In this document: piece by piece, positions 9,546 to 20,230 of the stretch | Numbering within the stretch: the stretch's first letter is position 1 | Layout: every line of letters starts with the position of its first letter | Source of the DNA: Lachnospiraceae bacterium UBA3804 | GTDB lineage: Bacteria > Bacillota > Clostridia > Lachnospirales > Lachnospiraceae | Direction of reading: 5' to 3' | NCBI GenBank assembly: GCA_002368665.1 | Contig: DFEK01000009.1 | Span: forward strand, 32,962 to 96,961 | Length of the DNA stretch: 64,000 bases | Notes under the pieces: generated by a model | The model's input: the letters and a program-made list of their open reading frames with translations, nothing else | The model's database searches: none | Told to the model about the DNA's origin: nothing | Position numbers and translations under genes: made by a program

Positions 9546-10943
9546 TCACTCCTTCTTATTCTTCACGAGGTTGGTAATCCAAACCCCTTTGTTGATCAAA
9601 TACATACCAAACAGAACTTTCAGAAGATCCAGTCCCTGTGCAAAGATATATACCCAATAAATGTTCCAATTTGTAAAACGGCAGACCAGGAATACACCCA
9701 GAACCGTCACGAGCCAACTGAAACCGCTGTCCATAAAAAACGTGATTACCGTTTTGCCGCCGGAGCGGATGATGAAATACTCGGCATTTAAGAATGCCCA
9801 GAGCGGGAAGAAAACAGATGTGATCAGGATAAACGAAGTCGCCATGTAACGTACGCTTTCATCCACATCTTTGTAAGCTCTCGGGAAAATCGGTCCGATC
9901 AGAATCAGCAATGCCGTAAGTCCCGTTGACAGATATGCGGTAAACCACATCAGGGAAAATGCTTTTTCCTTGATGTTCTCCGTCTTTCCCGCACCAAGCA
10001 TCTGTCCGATTACGATACCGACCGCGCTGCCCATGGCAACAAATACCACATTTAAGAGATTGGTCAGTGCGTTGGAAATACCGAAGGCGGGTACCACCTC
10101 CAGTCCGCGGATGGAATATAACTGTGTCAGTTTCGCAATTGCGGAAGCCCACAGAAACTCATTGATGAAGATCGGAATGGACTTTCGGATGATCGGGATC
10201 AGGATCTTTCTTTCCACAAGCAGCGTCCTGTAAATACCCTGTACAAATTCAAATTTGGCACGTCTTACATGTGTCCAGATTACCAGGACTCCCAGTTCCA
10301 CAAATCTGGCAATTACGGTCGCGATCGCAGCACCCGAAACTCCGAGGGCCGGAAAACCGAATTTTCCGAAAATTAACAGGTAGTTAAATACAACATCGGT
10401 CGCAACACTGATCAATCCTGCTACCATCGGCATGGTGCTTTCGCTGTTTTCACGTAATGTCGAAGCATAGACCTGAGTCAGTCCGAACGGAAGCAGACCC
10501 GCAAGCATGATGTGAAGGTATTCCTTCGCTTTTTCCATCGTCAGAATCGGATCCAGTTTGACGGTCTCGCCCTTCATGTAAAGATTGATCAGCCAGGTAT
10601 CATTGAAAATGAAAACAGCCAGTCCGATGGCTACGGCAAACAGCACGGCCCAGATCTTAATGCGGAAAGTTTTGCGTACACCTTCGATATCCCTGTTTCC
10701 GAAATACTGCGCACCAAAAATACCCGGCCCTGAAATCGCACCGAATATGGCAAGGTTAAATACGAAGATCAGCTGGCCGCAGATGGAAACACCGGTAACG
10801 CTCTCCGTTCCGAGCGTTCCTACCATCAGGCTGTCGACCAGACCGACCGCATTCGTTATTCCGTTTTGTAACATCATCGGAAGTGCAATCGCCAATGCGC
10901 TCCCGTAAAGTGCCTTTTTCTCGGCACGTGTAATTTTACTCAT
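9546..10943 (-). CDS. MATE family efflux transporter
   Basis: 465-aa ORF with 12 predicted TM segments and a MATE-like N-terminus (ALPMMLQNGITNAVGLVDSLMVG). Confidence 0.85.
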   Translation of the reverse strand: MSKITRAEKKALYGSALAIALPMMLQNGITNAVGLVDSLMVGTLGTESVTGVSICGQLIFVFNLAIFGAISGPGIFGAQYFGNRDIEGVRKTFRIKIWAVLFAVAIGLAVFIFNDTWLINLYMKGETVKLDPILTMEKAKEYLHIMLAGLLPFGLTQVYASTLRENSESTMPMVAGLISVATDVVFNYLLIFGKFGFPALGVSGAAIATVIARFVELGVLVIWTHVRRAKFEFVQGIYRTLLVERKILIPIIRKSIPIFINEFLWASAIAKLTQLYSIRGLEVVPAFGISNALTNLLNVVFVAMGSAVGIVIGQMLGAGKTENIKEKAFSLMWFTAYLSTGLTALLILIGPIFPRAYKDVDESVRYMATSFILITSVFFPLWAFLNAEYFIIRSGGKTVITFFMDSGFSWLVTVLGVFLVCRFTNWNIYWVYIFAQGLDLLKVLFGMYLINKGVWITNLVKNKKE

Positions 10944-11092
10944 TTCGTTCTTCCTTTTTATTCACTTCCCGATATTATAACCATCTTGTTTGTAATACGC
11001 AAGAATCCTCTATTCTTTCGACTTTTTGCTTGAACTGTCAGACCTCACCTAGTAAAATATCAGTTGTAGCCAATGTTTATGAGGATAAAACA

Positions 11093-12391
11093 ATGCTTGT
11101 TTCCTTTCAGGACAGAAAAATCAACTTTCATATAGATGCACCTGCTTCCAAATCCATTTATCACCGCGAACTAATCGTACGGTTCCTGCTCGGTGATACA
11201 TCACATTTGGCGGTTTTGGACAATGATAACGAGGATGTGCGTGCAACGAAGGCCTGTCTGAGCGCTCTTCACCATGCTTACTCCGACGAACAGATCACGG
11301 AAGTTCACCTTCCCTGCAACGAGAGCGGTTCCACGCTTCGTTTCATGATTCCCGTGGCGGGAGCTTTCCTTTTGCAGAAAGAAAACCATTACCGTCTGAT
11401 CTTTGAAACCAGGGGACGACTCTTCGATCGTCCGATCAAAGAATTGTCGGATGCCTTGGAACCGCACGGAATACAGATTGTCAAAAACGAAACCGACCGG
11501 ACCATAGAAGTGACCGGACAGATGGCGGCAGGTGAATACATCATCGGCGGAAATGTATCTTCACAGTATATTTCCGGTCTTTTGATGGGTCTTTCCATTT
11601 TCCCAAAACCCTGTAGCGTCATGGTTTTGGGCGAAGTGAAATCCGTTCACTACATTGAACTGACACAGGAGGTTTTAAGCAAATACGGTGCTCCTGCCGT
11701 TCTTTCCGAGAATATCTATACCACAACTCCGATTCGCGAACCGATATCGGAAAGTACCGGAAACCTTCCCGTTCAGACTCTGAAGATGCTCGGCGAACTG
11801 AATGTCGAAGGCGACTGGAGTAACGGAGCATTTTTGCTTTGCTTATCCCAGTTTACCGATATTACCGTCGGAAATTTAAACCCGGAATCCAAGCAGGGCG
11901 ATATCGCCATATTGGATTTCATTCAATCGGTGAAAGAAGCACGCGGCAAACTCGAAGCCATGTCAAACGCATTCCTCCCCACCGTTCTGTCCGAGGACTC
12001 CATGTGGGATTGTGACGACATACCGGACATTGCACCGTATATGGCGATTACTTCTGCCTTCTTCTACCACCGTGCAACCTTCTCAGGTATCAAAAGACTT
12101 CGCATTAAAGAATCCGACCGCGTAGCTGCCATTCGCAGTCAGCTTTCCGCGATCGGAATAAAAACAGAGGAAACCGAAAACACACTAACGGTTTACGGTT
12201 CCCCCATAGATTCGATACAAGCTTCCGTCCAGACTCCGATCCAACTTACCACGTTCCATGATCATCGTATGGCTATGTGCACACTTTTAATCGGTGCCGC
12301 GTTGAAAACGGAAATCGAAGTGGACGATCTGGATTGTTTAAACAAATCATTCCCCGAACTGTTACGCTTAATCGAAAAATATCTGCGGTAA
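11093..12391 (+). CDS. aroA: 3-phosphoshikimate 1-carboxyvinyltransferase (EPSP synthase)
   Basis: ORF track starts at 11030; GAGGA precedes the ATG at 11093. Motifs SKSIYHR, NESGSTLRF, SSQYISGLL, KESDR and DHRMAM. Confidence 0.9.
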   Translation: MLVSFQDRKINFHIDAPASKSIYHRELIVRFLLGDTSHLAVLDNDNEDVRATKACLSALHHAYSDEQITEVHLPCNESGSTLRFMIPVAGAFLLQKENHYRLIFETRGRLFDRPIKELSDALEPHGIQIVKNETDRTIEVTGQMAAGEYIIGGNVSSQYISGLLMGLSIFPKPCSVMVLGEVKSVHYIELTQEVLSKYGAPAVLSENIYTTTPIREPISESTGNLPVQTLKMLGELNVEGDWSNGAFLLCLSQFTDITVGNLNPESKQGDIAILDFIQSVKEARGKLEAMSNAFLPTVLSEDSMWDCDDIPDIAPYMAITSAFFYHRATFSGIKRLRIKESDRVAAIRSQLSAIGIKTEETENTLTVYGSPIDSIQASVQTPIQLTTFHDHRMAMCTLLIGAALKTEIEVDDLDCLNKSFPELLRLIEKYLR

Positions 12392-12393
12392 TT

Positions 12394-13308
12394 TTACATA
12401 ACTACAACCGTAGTTTCTTCCCTGCGAGATACCTCTTCTTCCTCAAGAAGAGGTTCTTTTATTTTGCCTTCTTCCTTCTCTTTCTTTGTCACTTTGTAAA
12501 GCCCGAAGAAGTAAACTGCCAGAAGTACGGCACCGACAATGGTGGAAATGATCACTACCGTCGTATTCTGCGGAAGAACAATCAATTCATAGTTTGCAAT
12601 AACCGCGAACGTATTGATCATCATATGGATCACAATGGATGCGGCAATGGATCCCGTACGGCTTCTTGCGAAGTTTAAGATCATTCCGAAGCAAAATGCC
12701 CAGGCCATCCAAATCGGTCCTGCGTGCGCTATTCCGAAAACAGCCGATGTGATTAAAGCCGCCACAATTTCCGGCATTCCGCGACGAAGTCTTCCGTACA
12801 GAAGGCCTCTGAAGACCACTTCCTCAAGAATCGGAATCAAAATCGCATTGGCGAGGATTCCCTGCCAGAGCGGATACTGATTATATGTACCAAAGGCTTC
12901 GTTTAAGGAATCCATCATTGCTTCGGAAAACGGAATGAGATTCAGGATCTGGCTCATAAACAACATCGTGCCAAACCCGCCGATTACGACAAAGAGAAAA
13001 TCTTTAAGCGAGATTTTCTTTGCATCCACCTGTGCAAGCGGATTCACTTTTCTGGCCCCAAATATGATCAGATAAACACCCAGGGTAAGAATTCCTGCCC
13101 CGATTAAAGCCAGTCCCATATGGTTTCCGGCAAGCTCCATAACCGCATTACTGTATGCCTGATAGTCAAAAGAAGCTCCCGTATTCATTTTGGATGCAAC
13201 TATAATTGAACATATAACGGAAAGAAGCATGCCTGCGGTTAACTGGCCCGCAAAGTAAATGCCCCAAAACCCAGCTGCTCTTCCGATTTGTTTCCATGCT
13301 TTTTTCAT
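12394..13308 (-). CDS. CPBP family intramembrane glutamic endopeptidase (Abi/CAAX-protease-like)
   Basis: All three CPBP motifs are present: EEVVFRG, FGIAH and HMMIN. GGTGAGG SD precedes the ATG at 13306-13308. Confidence 0.85.
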   Translation of the reverse strand: MKKAWKQIGRAAGFWGIYFAGQLTAGMLLSVICSIIVASKMNTGASFDYQAYSNAVMELAGNHMGLALIGAGILTLGVYLIIFGARKVNPLAQVDAKKISLKDFLFVVIGGFGTMLFMSQILNLIPFSEAMMDSLNEAFGTYNQYPLWQGILANAILIPILEEVVFRGLLYGRLRRGMPEIVAALITSAVFGIAHAGPIWMAWAFCFGMILNFARSRTGSIAASIVIHMMINTFAVIANYELIVLPQNTTVVIISTIVGAVLLAVYFFGLYKVTKKEKEEGKIKEPLLEEEEVSRREETTVVVM

Positions 13309-13417
13309 TGATACCTCACCCATACCATATCAGATATGTACAAATATACCCTATATCAAAATCTCTGATACAGGGTATTTTCGGTGTAAGTGGTATGAAA
13401 AATGTCGCAAACTGTAT

Positions 13418-14884
13418 TTATGAATTCTGTCTCGGAATCATAATGGATACGGCAAATTCGCTGTCGGAAGCCTCGAATTTCGTCATTCCTTCGTAATCGG
13501 ACACGGTTTTACGGATCGTCGTAATTCCGAATCCGTGATGTTCTCTGTCTTTTTTGGATGTATAGCCCGGATTGTTAACGGCTTTTTTGACATCCACCCT
13601 TCCATTTGTGGTATTGGAAATACGAATGACAAAAAACTGCTCCGTACGCTTAATCTGCATTAGGATCTTTTTCGCCAGTCCTTCCGGAAGGTTCATCTCG
13701 GCCTCGATGGCATTATCCAGTGCATTGGCAAACACACGGCAGATATCCATCGGCTTCATATTCAGGCCCCCGTCAATAACTCCGTCCGCAGCAAAATCTA
13801 TGCCTTCTTCCTTACATTTTGCCGACTTCATGGCAACAATGCAGTCCAGCATTTCATCACCTGTTACGAATTCCGGCGAAAGGGCCGAAACACTGGTTAG
13901 CAGATCTTCCAGATGTTCCTTTGCCTCGGCGGTTTTACCGTCCGCAAGAAGCATGTCCATCATGGAAAGGTTATTGATAATATCATGGCGAAAAGCCCTG
14001 GTTTCCGTTTGCTTGGCTTTATACTGTTCGATATAATCAAGCTCCGCATTCAGGTAGTTTTCCTGAAATGCGAATCTTTCGCGCAGGGTTTTATCGGAGG
14101 TATTGATAATCAGAAGTACCGGTGCCAGCGTTCCGACGATCGGAAGTATGATACCCATGATTATGCTTAATGCATAGTAGCGTTCATCCACTTTTTCAAA
14201 TGCAACGGGCAATGTCGGGAAGAAGGTAAAGACAAGAAGCCATCCGATAAAGAACCATCTGGTTCCGACACCGATAATGTAGAATTTCTTTTTGCGGTAA
14301 TATGCAAAATAGAGAATCGCAACCACCGCCGCCGAAATTGCAAAAAGGATAATCTGAAACGTCAACTCCAGGGAACTGAATCTTTCCTCCCCGAAAGTTA
14401 GAGCATTCACAATATCCGGATTGCCGCCGCTTAAATAAACATATGCATACAGAACCGTTGTCTGCATATACATGTAATATCCGTACAGGCCCACTACGGA
14501 ACCCAATGAACGAAGGAATTTTCTTTCCTTGTAAGAAAACATGTAAAAAATAAACGCATAGACAAATGCAAGGGAATTCACGATAATCGATTCCACTCCG
14601 AGGATGAATAAACGGGTGGTTTCCTCTATGTTATCTGTCAGTCCCGCATTTTGAAGCATTTGTATCACCCTGTTGGTAATCGGAACTTCATTGAAGGTAA
14701 AAAAGACCATTGCAACGGCTTCCAGCACCAAAACACCCAGTGCCCCGATGACCAGTTTCCAGGAGATTACAACATATCTTCCGAGGAAACATGCCGCAAT
14801 CAGGATTACAACCAGCATGGACAGGACAAAAGTCAAATTCGATATGAAGGATAATATAATTCTGTATCCCAAATGCTCCATCAT
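13418..14884 (-). CDS. AgrC/HPK10-type sensor histidine kinase (GHKL), polytopic N-terminus
   Basis: About 6-7 TM segments, H-box FRHDIINNL, N-box ANALDNAIEA and G-box HGFGITTI. Confidence 0.85.
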   Translation of the reverse strand: MMEHLGYRIILSFISNLTFVLSMLVVILIAACFLGRYVVISWKLVIGALGVLVLEAVAMVFFTFNEVPITNRVIQMLQNAGLTDNIEETTRLFILGVESIIVNSLAFVYAFIFYMFSYKERKFLRSLGSVVGLYGYYMYMQTTVLYAYVYLSGGNPDIVNALTFGEERFSSLELTFQIILFAISAAVVAILYFAYYRKKKFYIIGVGTRWFFIGWLLVFTFFPTLPVAFEKVDERYYALSIIMGIILPIVGTLAPVLLIINTSDKTLRERFAFQENYLNAELDYIEQYKAKQTETRAFRHDIINNLSMMDMLLADGKTAEAKEHLEDLLTSVSALSPEFVTGDEMLDCIVAMKSAKCKEEGIDFAADGVIDGGLNMKPMDICRVFANALDNAIEAEMNLPEGLAKKILMQIKRTEQFFVIRISNTTNGRVDVKKAVNNPGYTSKKDREHHGFGITTIRKTVSDYEGMTKFEASDSEFAVSIMIPRQNS

Positions 14885-14898
14885 AACACAATCTTCTC

Positions 14899-15609
14899 CT
14901 AAAACGCCGCCTTCTCAACAAATGCATAAAGCGCTTCTTTAAGCGGTTTCACATTCGAACGACTGACAGGAAGCGTGACCGCATTCTTGTGATATTCCAA
15001 ACTCACTTCGCCTTTTAAAAGCTTCTTCACTTTCGCCAGCGAAACCAGATATCCTCTGTGTATACGGTAAAAGCCGTCGTTTTTCAACTGTTCTTCAAAA
15101 TCTCCGATATTGGCTCGAATCAGGTGCTCACCATCGGAGGCATAGATCATCACATACTGGTTCTGTGCTTCCATATAGTAAATATCCGAAACATTTAAGA
15201 CCAGATCCTCACCGTCTTCGCGAAGGATCAGCTGTTTGCCCTGCACGTTTTGATCCATTACATGACGAAGAACCTCTTTTAATTTTTCCTCGTTAACGGG
15301 CTTGGTTAAATAACGAAGTGCATTGACTTCATATCCTTCGATGGCATATTCCACATGTCCGGTTAAGAAAACGATCTGCACCTGCTGCCCACGCTTGCGA
15401 ATTTCTTTGGCAAGCGTAATTCCGTCCATCGTGGGCATTTCAATATCCAGGAACACCAGGTCGTATGGATTCGAATCAAAACGTTTCAGCAGATCCCTTC
15501 CGTCATCAAACGCATCCACGACAACATCCAGACTTCCGCTGAGTCTGTCTACGAGATTCTTCTCCTGCACTCTGAACTTTTCTTCGTCATCACAAATTGC
15601 AATTCTCAT
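14899..15609 (-). CDS. LytR/AlgR-family response regulator (REC + LytTR)
   Basis: Receiver domain (DLVFLDIEMP) plus a C-terminal LytTR domain (FYRIHRGYLVSLAKV). Confidence 0.9.
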   Translation of the reverse strand: MRIAICDDEEKFRVQEKNLVDRLSGSLDVVVDAFDDGRDLLKRFDSNPYDLVFLDIEMPTMDGITLAKEIRKRGQQVQIVFLTGHVEYAIEGYEVNALRYLTKPVNEEKLKEVLRHVMDQNVQGKQLILREDGEDLVLNVSDIYYMEAQNQYVMIYASDGEHLIRANIGDFEEQLKNDGFYRIHRGYLVSLAKVKKLLKGEVSLEYHKNAVTLPVSRSNVKPLKEALYAFVEKAAF

Positions 15610-15681
15610 GGCAACTCCTTACTTCCACCGTGTATTATAGCATGGTATAATAAAGACTGCATAGTAAAAACAAGGGAATGA

Positions 15682-16473
15682 ATGATGAAAACGGAGCATA
15701 AAAGAATGACAAAATTGCAGATTGTATTTACTGTACTCTTTCTGGTGATTGCAATCGTAAGCCTCCTATACGGAATTGCCATTTACTCCATTCACAGCGG
15801 AAGCAAATTCTTCACCGTCTGGTTTGGACTAAGCGGTCTGTCCGTTCTGTTAGCTGCTCTTACCGGATTTGGTCTCATCGGCAAAATTCCCACGTTTGTC
15901 CGTATCGCGGCTCTTGTCGTAATCGGTCTTTGTTTCCTGCTTTTGCTTTATACACAAATTCGAATCCTGACACATTTTAACGATAAAGCCCCTTCCGATC
16001 TGGACTATATCGTTGTTCTCGGTGCACAGATGCGGCCAAGCGGTCCTTCCCTCGTTTTACAGTTTCGTCTGGACACCGCCGCAGAATATCTTAAGAACAA
16101 CCCCGGTACCGTCTGCATCGTCTCCGGCGGAATGGGTCCGAACGAAACCGAGCCGGAAGCCTTCGGAATGAGGGATTACCTGATTTCCAAAGGAATCGAT
16201 CCATCCAGAATTCTGACGGAATCCGGATCCGGCAATACCATTCAGAATATCCTGTATTCCAAAGAACTGATGGATGAAGAAAACTCTTCCGTCGGAATCG
16301 TAACCAATAATTTCCATGTCTACCGCGGAACGGCTTTAGCCCGGAAACAGGGCTTTAGTAATGTTTATGGCATTCCCGCGCCTTCCAGTCCCGCGTATCT
16401 TCCAAACAATATGCTCCGGGAGTTCGTCGGCATCTTAAAAGATACCCTTCAGGGTAATATGAACTTCTTCTGA
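15682..16473 (+). CDS. YdcF/ElyC/SanA (DUF218) family membrane protein
   Basis: N-terminal TM segments, then a DUF218-like core (DYIVVLGAQMRPSGPS...VSGGMGPNE). Confidence 0.75.
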   Translation: MMKTEHKRMTKLQIVFTVLFLVIAIVSLLYGIAIYSIHSGSKFFTVWFGLSGLSVLLAALTGFGLIGKIPTFVRIAALVVIGLCFLLLLYTQIRILTHFNDKAPSDLDYIVVLGAQMRPSGPSLVLQFRLDTAAEYLKNNPGTVCIVSGGMGPNETEPEAFGMRDYLISKGIDPSRILTESGSGNTIQNILYSKELMDEENSSVGIVTNNFHVYRGTALARKQGFSNVYGIPAPSSPAYLPNNMLREFVGILKDTLQGNMNFF

Positions 16474-16596
16474 ATTCTCATCTGTTGACATTTTTCCATC
16501 TTTTAATGTATTATCTGTTTAGAGAAATTTTATAAAGTGTTTATAAATAGTTTGGGAAGTGTTTATTAACTAAACAGCATACATAAGGAGACTTCA

Positions 16597-17451
16597 ATGG
16601 AAAAAATCGCTGTCATGACAGACACCAATTCCAGCATCACAACCAAGGAAGCCAAAGAACTCGGCATTTATCTGGTACAGATGCCCTTTATCATCGATGA
16701 TGAAGAATGCATCGAGGATGTAAACTGCACTTACGATGAATTCTGCGAACGTCTGGATGCCGGTGCAACGGTTTCCACCGCACAGCCCGTTTTAGGGGAT
16801 CTGCTTGATATGTGGGATGAGGTTTTAAAAACTCATGATAAGATCCTCTATATTCCCATGTCCTCCGCTTTAAGCGGTTCCTGTGAAACCGCCACTGCAA
16901 TGGCACAGGATTACGACGGAAGAGTTTTGGTTATCGACAACAAACGAATCTCCATTTCCCAGCGCCGTTCCGTTCTGGATGCGCTTGTCATGATCAAACG
17001 CGGAATGAGTGCGGAAGACATCAAAACCTATTTGGTAAACGATTCCTTTAATTCCAGCATTTACTTAGCCGTAAACACCCTGGAACTCTTAAAGAAAAGC
17101 GGTCGTGTCACTGCTGCCGCCGCAACGATTGCCACAATCATGAACATCAAGCCCGTTCTGCAGATTCAGGGTGGAAAGCTCGATTCCTATGCCAAGGAAC
17201 GTGGAATGAAAAAGGCCGAGAAGGTCATGCTCCGTGCCATCGAACAGGACCAGGAGAAGCGTTTCTCCCAGGGAAACAGCGTCATCTATGCCGCCTACTC
17301 CGGTAACCGGGCAGAAGGAGAAGAATGGTTAAAGACCGTTCAGGAGTATTTCCATGATCCGACGATCGAACTGTTCTGCCTTCCCATCAGTATCGTCTGC
17401 CATGTCAGCACAGGTGTACATGCGATTGGTATCATGGGATATTTGAGCTAG
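16597..17451 (+). CDS. DegV family fatty-acid-binding protein
   Basis: 284-aa ORF with a DegV-like N-terminus (IAVMTDTNSSIT) and length. AAGGAG SD. Confidence 0.85.
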   Translation: MEKIAVMTDTNSSITTKEAKELGIYLVQMPFIIDDEECIEDVNCTYDEFCERLDAGATVSTAQPVLGDLLDMWDEVLKTHDKILYIPMSSALSGSCETATAMAQDYDGRVLVIDNKRISISQRRSVLDALVMIKRGMSAEDIKTYLVNDSFNSSIYLAVNTLELLKKSGRVTAAAATIATIMNIKPVLQIQGGKLDSYAKERGMKKAEKVMLRAIEQDQEKRFSQGNSVIYAAYSGNRAEGEEWLKTVQEYFHDPTIELFCLPISIVCHVSTGVHAIGIMGYLS

Positions 17452-17514
17452 TTTTGATTCTATAATTGGAGACTCTGCTTAATCTTGAAAGAAGTTGTAG
17501 CACTAATTCATAAA

Positions 17515-17557
17515 CTAAAAAAGCCCATTCCCCGATAGAAAGGAATGGGCTTTCTTT
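17515..17557. terminator. bidirectional rho-independent terminator between convergent degV and copA
   Basis: GCCCATTCC/GGAATGGGC 9-bp stem (17523-17531 / 17542-17550), flanked by an A-run and TTTCTTT. Confidence 0.75.
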
Positions 17558-17570
17558 AACCATTTTGTAT

Positions 17571-20141
17571 CTATTCCAAACCGGTCAACTGATATCCGGT
17601 CTCTTCAACTACTTTCTTAAACTCTTCATCGGCAATCTCTTTGCTTAACGTAATTACCGCGCATTTCTCTTCATGGCTCACTTTGTTTACGGTAACACCG
17701 TCCATCTTTTCCAGAGCCTCGCGCATGTGCTTTTCGCACATCGGGCACATCATGCCTTCAATCTTCAATGTCTTTTCCATGGTCTTTTTCTCCTTTTCTT
17801 TCCTTATGACATTTTTCTCGCGAACCGGTTGCGGGAACCGGATAAAATTCAGTCTCAGTGCATTGCTGACAACAAAGAAACTCGAGAAACTCATCGCCGC
17901 CGCACCGAACATCGGGTTTAACTGCCAGCCGAAAATCGGCTCAAAAGCACCGGCTGCAAGCGGAATACCGATAATGTTGTAGCAGAATGCCCAGAAGAGG
18001 TTCTCGTAAATGTTGTGGATGACTTTACGGCTTAAAAAGATACTGTTCGGCACATCCGAAATATCGCGTTTCATCAAAACGATTTCCGCTGCATCCATGG
18101 CGATGTCCGTACCGGTATGTACTGCAATGCCGACATCCGCCGCGGTGAGTGCAGGCGCATCGTTGATGCCGTCGCCAACCATGACAACTTTCTTTCCCTT
18201 CGCCTGGAACTCTTTGATCTCATCCTGTTTGCCGCCGGGAAGCACATCCGCGATGACGTTCTTTATTCCGGCTTTGGCCGCAATGGCCCTGGCCGTACGC
18301 TCGTTGTCGCCGGAGAGCATAACCACTTCCAGTCCCATTTTCTTCATGCGCTCCACAGCCTCTTTCGCGTCGGCCTTTAAGGTATCCGCGATGGAGATGA
18401 TTCCGTAGAAAGTTTTTTCGGATGCAAAAAATACGGGGGTTGCGCCGACATTGGTAATCTCAGTCAGCAGATTTGCCACCGTTTCGCCATCCAGTTTACG
18501 GCGAATATCCTCGGACAGAGGTCTCGACTGAAGATACTTTAAGTTTCCGCCGTAGAGAACTTCTCCGTGAACTTTTCCCTTCAGTCCGTTGCCCGGGAAG
18601 ACTTCGAATTCTTCCGGCCTTGCTTCGGAGAGCAGATCGTTCTCTGCTTCAAACGCTTCCGTAATGGCTTTGGCCAGAGGATGCTCGCTTTCGGATTCAA
18701 GGATTCCCGCCTTCTTTAATAAAACTTCCGCGGAAGCATCCATCGGATAAAGCCCGGTTACCCTGGGCACGCCTTCCGTCAAGGTGCCTGTTTTATCGAG
18801 AACAACTACATTTGTCTTACCCGCCTTTTCCAAAACGGTTGCATTTTTATAAAGGATTCCGTTCTTCGCACCGACACCGCTTCCGACCATGATGGCAACG
18901 GGTGTGGCCAGTCCCAGTGCGCACGGACAACTGATGACCAAAACGGCAATGCCGTAGGTTATCGAGGCTTCCGCACTTGCACCGGTAAGTAAGTGAATCA
19001 GCATAACCACAAAGGCAATGACGATGACCACCGGAACGAAAACTCCGGCAACTTTGTCCGCAATCTTGGCAATCGGAGCCTTGGTCGCGGAGGCATCGTT
19101 TACCATACGGATAATCTGGGCAAAGGAGGTATCCTCTCCGACCTTTCTCGCCTTGGCCAGAAGCACGCCGGTCTGGTTGATGGTTGCGGTATAAATGGTA
19201 TCGCCCGCGGTTTTCTCCACGGGAATACTTTCTCCGGTAAGCGAAGATTCGTCCACGGCGCTTCCGCCATCAATAACCATACCGTCGGCCGGAACCTTCT
19301 CTCCGGGACGGACACGGAAGAGTTCTCCGACAACCAGCGCGGAAGCGGGAATTTCCACTTCCATGCCGCCGCGAAGGACATGGGCCGTATCGGGTGCCAT
19401 TTTCATCAGATTCTTTAACGCATCGGTGGTACGTCCTTTGGAATAGGCCTCCAACATTTTTCCGACGGTGATTAAGGTCAGAATCATAGCTGCCGATTCG
19501 AAATAAAGACTGTGCAAAAGATCATGCGCCGCTTCGTGATTTCCCGCGGAAACCACATTGGTCATACGGATCAGTACAACGAAGCTCCAGAGGAAGGAAA
19601 TTCCCGAGCCCATGGCCACAAGCGTGTCCATATTGGGCGCGGAATGAATCACGCCCCTCACACCGCTGATAAAAAACTGCTTGTTGATCCACATGACAAT
19701 AAAGGCCAGAACCATTTCCATAATGGCTATGGCAAGCGGATTATCGAAGAAGGGAGGCATGGGAAAATCCCACATCAGATGGCCCATGGTGATGTACATC
19801 AAAGGCAGCAGAAAACATGCGGAAGCAATCAGCCGGTTGCGGATGTATCTTGCCACCACACCGGGTTTATGGCGTTTGGCTTCAGACTCTTGGGAAGCAA
19901 ACTCCTTACGCTCCCCCGGATTGCTCTTTCCAAACAGGGTCGATTTATCGGGAAAAGCGCCGTATCCGGCCTTCTCGACCGCCCGGATGATTTCTTCGGA
20001 AGTGGCGCTTCCTTTTACGGTCATGGAATTGGTCAGAAGATTAACGCTGACTTCTTCCACATTGGTCAGTTTTTTGACGGCATTTTCGACTCTCGCGGAA
20101 CAGGCCGCGCAGCTCATGCCGGTAACACAATATTTATCCAT
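17571..20141 (-). CDS. copA: copper-translocating P1B-type ATPase with HMA domains at both termini
   Basis: N-terminal [11 protein letters not shown] in the TM region, DKTGTLT, and GDGINDAP. An additional C-terminal HMA domain carries GMMCPMC. Confidence 0.92.
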   Translation of the reverse strand: MDKYCVTGMSCAACSARVENAVKKLTNVEEVSVNLLTNSMTVKGSATSEEIIRAVEKAGYGAFPDKSTLFGKSNPGERKEFASQESEAKRHKPGVVARYIRNRLIASACFLLPLMYITMGHLMWDFPMPPFFDNPLAIAIMEMVLAFIVMWINKQFFISGVRGVIHSAPNMDTLVAMGSGISFLWSFVVLIRMTNVVSAGNHEAAHDLLHSLYFESAAMILTLITVGKMLEAYSKGRTTDALKNLMKMAPDTAHVLRGGMEVEIPASALVVGELFRVRPGEKVPADGMVIDGGSAVDESSLTGESIPVEKTAGDTIYTATINQTGVLLAKARKVGEDTSFAQIIRMVNDASATKAPIAKIADKVAGVFVPVVIVIAFVVMLIHLLTGASAEASITYGIAVLVISCPCALGLATPVAIMVGSGVGAKNGILYKNATVLEKAGKTNVVVLDKTGTLTEGVPRVTGLYPMDASAEVLLKKAGILESESEHPLAKAITEAFEAENDLLSEARPEEFEVFPGNGLKGKVHGEVLYGGNLKYLQSRPLSEDIRRKLDGETVANLLTEITNVGATPVFFASEKTFYGIISIADTLKADAKEAVERMKKMGLEVVMLSGDNERTARAIAAKAGIKNVIADVLPGGKQDEIKEFQAKGKKVVMVGDGINDAPALTAADVGIAVHTGTDIAMDAAEIVLMKRDISDVPNSIFLSRKVIHNIYENLFWAFCYNIIGIPLAAGAFEPIFGWQLNPMFGAAAMSFSSFFVVSNALRLNFIRFPQPVREKNVIRKEKEKKTMEKTLKIEGMMCPMCEKHMREALEKMDGVTVNKVSHEEKCAVITLSKEIADEEFKKVVEETGYQLTGLE

Positions 20142-20230
20142 TGAATATCCTGATTTCTTTGTTAGATTTAACTAACTTATTATATCATCTTTAATCCAAA
20201 TAGGCAATTTTCTAAGGAAACGTTCATACT

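Noticed and set aside
19512-20175. 210-aa and 164-aa plus-strand ORFs
   Set aside because: They are antisense shadows of copA with His/Gly/Arg-rich nonsense translations.
20161-20176. GTTAG-N6-CTAAC upstream of copA as a CsoR/CopY operator
   Set aside because: The arms are only 5 bp and match neither the CopY TACAnnTGTA box nor a GC-rich CsoR box. This is too weak to call.
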